From assembly GCA_951406725.2 (NCBI GenBank), contig OX597831.1, positions 77,996,001 to 78,060,000 on the forward strand: a DNA stretch of 64,000 nt, in the 5' to 3' direction. The stretch's first letter is position 1. Every line of letters begins with the position of its first letter. The notes under the pieces were generated by a model. The model searched no databases, had not been told where the DNA came from, and saw only the letters and a list, made by a program, of their open reading frames with translations. This DNA is from Octopus vulgaris (taxonomy: Eukaryota). The position numbers and the translations under genes are program-made. Shown piece by piece: positions 52,849 through 64,000 of the stretch.

Positions 52849-53695
52849 TATACACCTAATGATGATAGTGATGGCATTTCTGGTCGATTCCAACTCTCGA
52901 TGCTCTCTCATGTTCGTATAAGCGTTCCGTTGTTCAAGCAACGAAAGTGACAAATAATTCTTTGTCACTTCTCGAATAATTCGAATCATTGTTGAAAGTA
53001 GCAGACAATCACACAGACCTATGGACCCAAAAGGTAATTCTCAAACAGATTCGGTCTGACAGAGCGCAACAAGTCATCCGACCAGTTTCTATACACATTT
53101 CATTCAAGTGAAATTCACTCAGAATTCGCCTGTGCCACGAAACGACCTCGAACTCGAGATCCTTTGGTTCTGAAGCCAACGTCTGGTATTATTGATGGTA
53201 GTATTGGTACTGTTTGCATTGTTGTTATTGGTAGTGATGTTGGCGTTAGTGGGTTGAAGTGGGGTGGGGCTGTGGGCTAGAGAGTGTGGGGTGGACGCTG
53301 TGGGCGTGGGAGGGCCGTGTGGGTGGGGACTTTGGGGCCTGTGTGAGTAATGGCGAAAATTTTTGCACTGATAGTCCTTGTCAGTTCCTGGCTGTGACAC
53401 AGAATACAGACCTGCAAAGCGCGCTCGTCGGGTTTTATGGCGGTCCGAGGCTATAATAGAAAACGTTTTCCCAAGGTGCCAATGAGCTTGGAATCATTTG
53501 GTTAAGGGGCAGGCTTTTTATCACACAGATACATCAGGGAACTATTTTGTTACCAATTATAGAAAATTAAAAAAAATAAAGATCCCAAAACAAAAATACA
53601 TTTTCTAGTCATTTTAAAATATTACTAGCATTATGATCGTCGTTGCCGGGTCATAGTGATAGTGCATGTACATATGTGTACATATTACATGTACA

Positions 53696-53728
<33 letters not shown>

Positions 53729-53801
53729 ACACATAAAATACAAAATACAAAGTTATATCTTGATATCGCTAGTGATGACAATACTCAAAATATATGACAG
53801 A

Positions 53802-54665
53802 CTGGAATTGTAGGCCCGTCTCTTGTAATTTCGATCAATTGTATTTTGTCCTCCCTCTTGTATAGAAGTGTGGCTACAATCCATCCTACCTCTACTTTTT
53901 TTTTTTTTTTGGCGGGGGTGCATTTTAAATTTTTTTCCGGGACGTCCTACGTCCCAGATATAAAAGTAAAAGTAAAATATTTCCACTTTGCAAGTTCGAG
54001 TCGAGTACTCCCTTGCATGCTCCGTTGACTCGAATCTTGCTTCTCTTGTGGCGAATTTACCGCCTCTGATTAGATACCTTTCAAAGTCGCACCAAGACAC
54101 TTTTCGAAGGTGCTTTCCTCCATGTGTTCAAATCTTCTTTATTCTCTACATTGTATATTTTAATTTAATTTTTTATTATCCATCTGGACTATTCCATTTC
54201 TGCACGCTAATTTTATTTTTTATTTATTCCCATTCATGTGAAACCACTTATTCAAGTTCAACTCCTTGATGTAATTTTATACCAATTGCTATTTTTACTT
54301 TTGTTATGTTACGATTTAATTATTATATAATACTTTAGTTTGATTTTAATTATTACTTACTACATATAATTCAATTGTTATTATTATCTCTAATTTTAAT
54401 TGTTAAAGTGAAAGTATCTGACATAAAATAGAGAAATGTTTTTGTTTCACTTTTAACACGTAATACTGAAATAGTGGAGAAGATATGATATTGCTATGGG
54501 CTCGCCCTAGGAAAGAAGTTGAACATTTTTTTCCCCATGAAACTACATGGACCCTAAGTAAGGCATGTGTAAAATTTGAATGAAATTGGTTGTGTAGTTC
54601 TCAAGTTTTAGGGAAACACACTGACAGACAGACAGACACACATTCTCAGTTTTATATATGTATAT
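53802..54665 (-). mobile_element. Non-autonomous Helitron-like element
   Basis: Minus strand starts tatataaaactgagaatgtgtg(tctg)n, as at 15457; ends gacgggcctacaattCCAG|T. Confidence 0.5.
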
Positions 54666-54684
54666 ATATTATTAACACCTAAAG

Positions 54685-55325
54685 AAAGGCGACATGAAAA
54701 CAGAATCGTGAGCGTGCCGGTCGAAATGGTTTGCGGCATTTCATCCGCCTTTACGTTCAGGGAGACTTTGTCTTTCATCCTTTCGGGATCGATAAATTAA
54801 GTACCAATGAAACACTGGGCTCGATGTAATCGACTACACCCCTCCCCACAAAACATTTCAGACCTTGTGCCTTTAATAGAAAGGATTATTATAGCGATAT
54901 CAAAGGTAGTGACCTGGCAGAATCGTTTGCATGCCGGACGAAATACTTAGCGGCGTTTCATCCGTCTTTACGTTCTAAGACTAAATTCCGCTGAGGGTGA
55001 CTTTGCCTTTCATCCTTTCGGAGTCGATAAATTAAGTACCAGTGAAACACTGGGGTCGATGTAATCGACTACACCCCTCCCACCTACCCACCAATTTTCA
55101 GGCTTTGTGCCTTTAGTAGAAAGGTTTATTATAACAATATCAAAGGCAGTGACCTGGCAGAGTCATTAGCATACCGGACGAAATGTTCTAAGTTCAAATT
55201 CCACCGGGGTCGACTCTGGATTTCCTCATTTCGGGGTCGATAAAATACGTACCAGTCATGGGGCCAGTCGAAGTAATCGATCCTCCACAATGTCAGGTCT
55301 TGTGCCTATTGTACAAAGCATTATT
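54685..55325 (+). mobile_element. Three tandem older-subfamily SINE family B copies
   Basis: Units of ~215-240 bp ending ttgtgcctttaatagaaaggattatt. Confidence 0.8.
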
Positions 55326-55832
55326 AATATCTAAATAAATTAGAGGTAATATATCTGACGAACGGCTCTGCGAGAAACCAAAGACTTAGCTTCGAAGCAA
55401 ACCGGTTTTTCAAACCAATTTTTAAAATGTTTCACTGTACTTAGGTATAATTTCTGTATCTTTTTACGATTTAGTTAACGAACGAAGGGCCATGCCTATA
55501 ACCACTTCCATGTGACCCTAAATAGGTGATACAATATTTAGAGTGGTTTTATTATTAGAATACGTTTCTGGATCACAGTCGGTAGCGAATTAGCTGAGTC
55601 AGAAGAAATGCTTTACCGGATTTTACGTTCTGTGCTTAAATCACGTCCAAACCAGCTTTGCCATTCATTTTTCTGGGGTTTCGATAAAATACTGTTTACG
55701 CCGATGGGTTGGCGTGCGCTTTTGGAGCGGCGGACGAGGTCCGTTGTGTTATTCCTTCCGGGTCGTTTCGCTCTCCGTTCAAATATCACTGTGACCTACA
55801 TGAACGGTAGATTTACTCCGTCAACTCGTTTA

Positions 55833-56176
55833 TCACCACCACCACCACCACCACCACCACCACCACCACCACCACCGCCACCACTCTACCACCACGACCA
55901 CCACCACCACCACCACCACCACCACCACCACCACCACCACCGCCACCACTCTACCACCACCATCACCACCACTCTACCACCACCGCCACCACCACCACCA
56001 CCGCCACCACTCTACCACCACCATCATAACTACAACTAACACCACTACCGGTTGTGCTTTCAGGGAAGGAGTTCATTTTGCTGCAAGCATTCGGGTCAGT
56101 CCCCTGGTTTGGTGTAATTGTGATGATGATGATGATGATGATGATGATGCTAATGATGATGATGGTGGTGGTGGTA

Positions 56177-56224
<48 letters not shown>

Positions 56225-56555
56225 ATGATGATGATGATGATGATGATGGTGGTGGTCGTCGTCGTCGTCGTGGCGGTGGTGGTGGCGGCGAAGGTGGTGA
56301 TGATTGTGGTGTAGGTGGTGGTTGTCATAGTGTCGGTGGTGGTGGTAGTGGTAGTGGTAGTGGTGGCGGTGGTGGCGGCAGCGGCGGCGGTGGTCGTGGT
56401 GAAGGTGGTGACGATGGTGGTGGTGGTAGTGGTGGTGGTGGTGGCGGCGGCGGTGGTCGTGGTGAAGGTGGTGACGATGGTGGTGGTGGTAGTGGTGGTG
56501 GTCGTGGTGGTAGTGGTGGTGGTGGTGGTGGTGATGGTAGTGGTGGTGGTGGTGG
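55833..56555. repeat. (CCA)n tract facing a (GGT/GAT)n tract
   Basis: 55833-56050 is C-rich and 56120-56555 is G-rich, with a ~70-bp spacer. Confidence 0.9.
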
Positions 56556-57815
56556 GAGTTAAACTGGGTGGTAGAGTATGTCTGCTACCCAAGAAAGTGC
56601 GCAGTTTGACGATCTTCCTTCTCTATGGTTTCCGTCTATCACCCGATTTCCCACACAAAGCTTTCGGTCTTAGAGTACACTCGGGGCTTTATAGTGCTGT
56701 CGTGTTCTTAGTACACTTGGGAGTATATTCAAGTGTACTCGACATAAAAAAATATGTTTTTTTATGTATTTAAGCACAAAACAAAGTTTAAACAAATAAG
56801 AAAAAAAAAACAAATACCAACAAAAATATAACGTTGAATTGTTCGAAATGAAAAATCAACTGAGCCGTGATATGCTACAGGTAAAAATATTATGGGTCCT
56901 CGTTCGGTCTCGACGATGACCCATATGTATGTATATAGTAATATATATTTATATGTTTGTGCGTGTATCTGTGTGTGTACGTCCGTGGTTCTGTGAGTAT
57001 TTGTTTGTTCCCCCTACTGCTTGACAACTGGTGCTGGTTTGTTTACGTTCCCGCAACTTATCGGTTTGTCAAAGATAACCGATGGAATAAGTACCAGGCT
57101 TCATTTTAAGAAAAAAACAATAAGTACTTGCTGGGGTCCTTTTGTTGGACTAAACATTAGACCACCATGGCCGTGGTCTAATGACTAAAACAAGTATGAG
57201 ATAAAAGAGGGCATTTTAAGGGTTGACAGATTTGTTAAAGTGTTTAAAGTAATAGGGACTTCTCAGATACACACAAAGTTCTACAGTGTCTGTATGACCC
57301 GCTTCCACCGATAATCTTTCCACAAGATGCTGAAATGACCAGCATCAATGTGCTTCTAAACTCCACACTCAACTGGATATTTTTGATTTTTTAAATATCT
57401 GTATTTTTGATCAAGTTTCTCTCAACGGTACCTGCAGATCTTTTTACGCAATACATTCAGGTCTTATGGCGGTGAACTGTCAGAATCTGTTTGAACGCCG
57501 GGTAACTTGCATAGCGGCATTTCGCTTGTTTTCACATTCTGAGTTCAAATCCCGCCGAGGTGCACTTTGCCTCTCATCTCTTCGAGATCAAAAAAAAATG
57601 TACCAGTTGAATACTGAGTCGATGTAATCGAATTATTCCTTACAGCTATAAGTCAGTTTAAGATTGTTCCTTTTAAGCAGTCTTCAGAAACGCTGATTGA
57701 TTGGGGAACGCTTGAATTTATAGGAAATGTTTCAAAATACAAAAAACTTTAAAGTAAAATGCATCAAAAAGACAATGTTCACATTAGCATAAATACTTAC
57801 AAACTTACGTTGGAC

Positions 57816-58027
57816 ATTTGAACTCTACATTTTCTTTCTCTCTCCATTTTTTTTTTTTGTTTTACATTCCCTCACCATCATTTTTCTTATTATTCCTTCC
57901 TGTTGAAGAACGTAGGCTCGAAACGTAAAAGACTTTTCCATTTTTCCTGAGCGTTAAAATAATACACTTGCTTGTTGTTCAGACTCCTGTCTTCGTCTTT
58001 CGTTTTCTGTAAATTTGAACTCTACAT
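57816..58027 (+). mobile_element. Penelope-like remnant with hammerhead-like motif (57896-57931), bounded by a 15-bp direct repeat
   Basis: CTGTTGA-agaacgtaggctc-GAAA-cg-TA-aaag; atttgaactctacat at 57816-57830 and 58013-58027. Confidence 0.55.
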
Positions 58028-58559
58028 ATATATCCTACATACCGTGTATGTTTTGTTAGAACGCTGTATTACTGCGGTATTCGCCTTGAGAGGACAACTC
58101 ATATAGATGTGCAGTACGAAAAGGCGAAGACAAGAATCGACTAACATGGGTAGTAGAAGCACTAGATCACAGGATTTTATCGTGCAAGTGCTTCATCAGT
58201 TGCAGGTTTCGACATATATAAATTTAAACATGGTTCCATTCTTTTATTGTTTCATGAGTCTCAGTGCAACGGCTGTGACTATGCATCGATACACGCCACC
58301 ACAGACGCACTCACACATACAAATATAATTTATATTTATATGCGTACACACACACACATACACACACACACTTATATATATATATATATATATCGTTGTT
58401 CTTATGGTTATAAATTCAAAAAGTTGCCTACATATATATATGTATACGTTTGAATGTGCGCATGTGTTTGTGCATATGTGTGTGTGTGTGTGTGTATTAG
58501 AGTGCATTTGTGCGTGTATGAATATAGCTATAGATGAATTTTTTATATATATATACTTA

Positions 58560-58595
<36 letters not shown>

Positions 58596-58819
58596 TACAT
58601 ATGTCCAAATTTGGCAAAGGCATTTTTTAAATATCTATTTTTGCTTGCAATAGCCGGTTCTTTTGGCCAAACTATCGTATCTCCAGCTGCTTCAGATGCC
58701 AAGATATCAAGAATTGTCAAAGTGTAGTACAATACTTTTGCTATGGAATCGTGAAACTATGCTTTCGTTTTCTGAAAAAGCAAAGTTGTTGGACTTACGA
58801 CACTTCTGCATATTAGCAA

Positions 58820-58852
<33 letters not shown>

Positions 58853-58884
58853 TGTATGTATGTATGTATGTATGTGGATTGATG

Positions 58885-59350
<466 letters not shown>

Positions 59351-59590
59351 CTACAAACATGAATTGAGAGACAGATATAAATCTCGGTTATTTCGCGCAA
59401 GACGAAGTCACGACTGCGATCCACCTTGCTTCCTCGTCGACAGCAATGGCGTTCCTTCTTAATCTGAATCATCTACGCGGAGAATAGTTTTTTTGTTATA
59501 GCCTTTGATTTTCGAATTTTAACACACAAAAAAAGCATGTTAACAAGTCAATGAAATACAAAACAAAATCACACATCGACACACAGAGGT

Positions 59591-59631
<41 letters not shown>

Positions 59632-60208
59632 ATTATTTTATATGTAAACACGCTTAAACGCATATACTTATACGCCTATATACCGACGCGATCATTCATA
59701 TGTTTATATATTCAAAAAGTTACCAACATATGTATATGTGTGTATGTTTGTATGTGTGCGTGTGAGTGCGTGTGTGTGCAAGTGTGGCGTGTCTATGTGT
59801 GTATCGGAGTGCATTTGTGCGTGTATGAATGTACCTATAGATAAACAAATACAAACTATATATATTTATAACTATATATATATATATGCATACATATATA
59901 TACCTATATATGTATACACACACATATATATATATATAAATGTATACATAAATATATATGTATATATACATGTATTCATACATATACACATATATATATA
60001 CATATGTATGTGTATCTCTTTATGCGTGTAGGCATATATATATATATACACAGGTATATACATACACAAACACACACATATATATACATATATAGACAAA
60101 TATATATATATATATATATCAACTCACACATATATACCATCACATACAAACATACGCGCACATATGCCATATACGAACACGCATACATGCACATAAATGC
60201 ACACGCAA

Positions 60209-60250
<42 letters not shown>

Positions 60251-60407
60251 ACACATACACACATACACTCAGAGTCAATGTCACTTTTGAATTTATCGAA
60301 CTTACTCTCCCCGTCGAATCAGGTCAAGTGAGTTCAAAACCTCAGTCTTTAAGCAAGCAATATATAAGTAAGCTAGCGAGCTCTCTTCAGCATACTTAAA
60401 ACATGCG

Positions 60408-60487
<80 letters not shown>

Positions 60488-60749
60488 ATACACAAACTCC
60501 TATGTGGTAGTGAATTCATTTCAATTGAAAAGGACATTGTTAATATCAGCATACACGTATAGACGGGCACATGTCTATACGCAAACACATACACATGCAT
60601 ACGTATACATTAGACATGGATCTCTCTAACCCGTCTATCTCCCAGTCTCACTCAACCATCTCTCTCCCCTATCCCCCTCTCCCTCCTCCCTCTCTCTATC
60701 TGTCTGTATATATTACGTGTATGCCTATCTTTATCTATCTATCTCCCTG

Positions 60750-60825
<76 letters not shown>

Positions 60826-60862
60826 CCTATCTATCTACCTATCTATCTATCTATCTATCTAC

Positions 60863-60936
<74 letters not shown>

Positions 60937-60972
60937 GTCTATCTATCTATCTGTCTGTTTGTCTGTCTGTCC

Positions 60973-62470
60973 AAATGGAACGAGATAACGAGTAGGGTGG
61001 TCACTATCGCCCGGCAATGGGCCGAGAGGAAACTGTCCCTAAAAAGTCGAGCGGAGGTGGCGAACGCGTACATCGCATCCGTCATCTGCTACCGCCTGAC
61101 CGTCGTGCCTTGTCTCGACCCTACCATCACCAAACTAGAACGCATTCTCTTTCATTTCTTGTGGAAAGGATTCGTCCCGATGGTCAGGACTGTGCATGCC
61201 GTGGTTGATGATGCGCAGACACGAGCTGAGACTACGACACCTCAGGCTCTACGTAGACGACGGTGAACAGGTGTGGTCACCGTTTGTGAGGTACGTCTTC
61301 CCGCAGCTCATCTCCATGACCAAACTGCAGTCGTGGATCAAAAGAGGCCGAAGAAGGGCGAATGGCATCGCGAGTGTCGCGTTGCTCTCAAGCAACTCTG
61401 CCGTCCCGGGTCGACCTTGAGTGACTCCAACACAACCCAAGCATTCAATAGGGGATTAGTGGAGGGGAGGTACGACGACGAGCTCGGAACGAACCTGGAC
61501 GTCGACGAGGAATACCTGACCCGCCTGTTCGGGACGACTTTCGGGCCAGGGCCCATGGACAATTTCCAGAGATCCCTGGCCTGACAGTGCTACCGAGAAG
61601 CGCTACCCGTTCGGGATAAGCTCTACAGACACGGCTCGAGAAACACGGGTCGACCTGCCCGAGATGCGGTCAGAGCGACGAAACCGTTCTGCACGCACTC
61701 GTGCAGTGTCCAACAATCTCCGACCTGTGGGCTTATGTCGAACAACTGCTGTCTCGTGTGGGACGAGTCGGTTTATCAGCTGAGTCTATCGTCAATATTG
61801 TCACGCCTCCTTCCTTCAAACGGGAAGGAAGAGCTATTTTCATCATCCTTGTGGCTATGGCGAAAGAAGGTATCTGGCGGACGCGTCTGAAAGGATTGGA
61901 GACAAACACTTTCCTCTCTGGTCAATCTCTCATCAACTTCTTCAAGTATCACTTGAAACGGAAAGTGAGAGTAGAGAGGCAAGTTTTGTCCAGCGAATGT
62001 TTTAAAAAAAGATGGGAGAATGTAGCAAGGATGGCATGTATGAATAACGAAGCCACCTTGAGCATAATCCTATGAACCCAGAAATTGAAAACAGAGGGTT
62101 ACCCACTTGCAAACAAATATGGTAACATATAACAATATTGACCGAGGTTACCATGGTCTTTTTCCTAGGCTTTTCTTCCCACGGATAAACCTTATCTGCT
62201 CCCCCTTTACACCGTACATCATGACACTGTGATACACGATCCCTATTGATCGTTTTTTCCCTCTTCCCCTTTTTTCCTCTTTTTTCTTCATTTTTCTTTT
62301 TTTCTTTTGTATCTTTTCCTTTTTTATCTTTTTTTCTTTTTTCCCTTTTACGATTCCTTTTGATCGAAAACCTATGCCACTTTCATTTTTTCTTCATTCC
62401 CCAAAAGAAAAGCTCTACCTTGTAATTTGTCCCATCTGTGTGCAGCCCTGTGTGGCCAGTAAAGAAACTG
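60973..62470 (+). mobile_element. 5'-truncated Tx1/L1-clade LINE inserted in (TATC)n
   Basis: WAERKLSLKSRAEVANAYIASVICY..FHFLWKG; zinc knuckle CPRCGQSDETVLHALVQCP (~61657-61713); stop at 62075; T-rich 3' UTR ending cagtaaagaaactg. (TATC)n on both sides; frameshifted. Confidence 0.88.
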
Positions 62471-62545
<75 letters not shown>

Positions 62546-62578
62546 AATCTATCTATCTATCCATCTATCTAGCTATCC

Positions 62579-62609
<31 letters not shown>

Positions 62610-63024
62610 AAACTCTCTATCTATCAATCTATATATCTATCAAATAAAATAGGGACAAATATACAGCAAATGTAAATAATGTAAATAACGTACGTAATTC
62701 CTCATCACTTAAATACAGAATTGTAAATAGGTCATTCTATGTTTTCTCAAATTGCGACAATACTGCATTAGAGTATTTAAACAGATATTACTTTAAATAA
62801 GGAACTGTATTATCGAATCGGTGCGGAGCCGACATTAGACTTTAATGGAGACATATAGAGAAACTCCATGGCCATAACTATACAACACACGTATACACAT
62901 ATACATCCGCATATACACATACAAAAAACTACATAGACATAACATTAACTCAAACACATTCACACATACATTCGTGCAATCATTTTTGCATTCATACATA
63001 TACACACACATAGTATTTTTTAAA

Positions 63025-63355
63025 AATCTTTTACTTGTTTCAGTCATTTGACTGCGGCCATGCTGCAGCACCACCTTATTGTCGAGTAAATCAACCTCAG
63101 GACATATTCTTTGTAAGCCATGTATTTATTCCATCGGTTTCTTGCGCCGAACCGCTATGTTACGGGGACGTAAATACTCTGACATCGTTTGCCAAGCGAC
63201 GGGCTTCTTTCAGTTTCCGTCCACCAAATCCATTTACAAGGCTTGGTTGGAAAAGTCTGTGGTAGAAGACACTCGCCCAAGGTGCCACGCAGCGGGAGTG
63301 AACCCCGAACCGAGTGGTTAGGAAGCAAGCTACATACCACACAGCCACTCCTGTA
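63025..63355 (-). mobile_element. SINE family A copy with internal deletion
   Basis: cttgtttcagtcatttgactgcggccatgctg ... accacacagccactcctg. Confidence 0.85.
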
Positions 63356-63868
63356 TAAATATATGTATACTACAATTCATACACACACTCACACACACAC
63401 ACACACACATAAATATATGTATACTAAAATTCCTACACACACACACAGACACACAGACACACACATATATATATGCTCTCACACATAGCTACACAAATAC
63501 ACGTGTACGTAGATAAATACGTACACACGTGTATCCATGCATGCTTACATTCCTCTACTGCATATACACACAAATTCACACACATACACATATACATACA
63601 TGCACACGTACGCATATATGCAAACTTACCTATATCCACACAAACAGATATATACGCACATCCATACATACACACATATATATGCATACAAACACACACA
63701 TATATACACACACACATACATTCATACACACATGCATACATACATACACACATACATACATACCACTGTATGCCTCGTTAAGTAAAAGAAATGCCTTTGG
63801 AAATTTTATAACTTAATTACAGGTGAGCTTCTTATAAAAAGAACCGGGATTTCTGTGTAACTGCATAT

Positions 63869-63901
<33 letters not shown>

Positions 63902-64000
63902 CATACATACATATATAAGTGTGTGTGCGTGTGTGTGTATGTATATGTATATATGTATGTATGTATGTGTATATATATATATATATGTATGTATATATAT

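Noticed and set aside
58185-58212. CTGATGA and GAAAC motifs on the minus strand
   Set aside because: Order and spacing give no stem II, and there is no suitably placed NUH triplet; not a hammerhead.

Overview
AT-rich, microsatellite-saturated animal genomic DNA; the SINE, LINE and microsatellite content suggests a coleoid cephalopod, probably Octopus (inference). Almost all ORFs in the supplied track are microsatellite artefacts. The only host coding sequence I can support is two + strand exons (8529-8629, 10739-10990) encoding the C-terminal part of an FGF8/17/18-like growth factor; the first coding exon was not found in the window. The rest is transposable elements: three tRNA-headed SINE families; CR1/L2-like, Tx1-like, R4/Dong-like and RTE-like LINE remnants; two copies of a deleted mariner (one carrying a nested hAT MITE); three Helitron-like elements; and many short Penelope-like (PLE) remnants. 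Most notable: (i) minimal type I hammerhead ribozyme motifs, two with intact cores and several sharing a non-canonical core, linked to fold-back PLE-like termini; (ii) a SINE that repeatedly inserts into one site of its own copies; (iii) a SINE/LINE pair with a shared 3' tail and a compensatorily changed stem; (iv) different retroelement clades each sitting in a different microsatellite motif.
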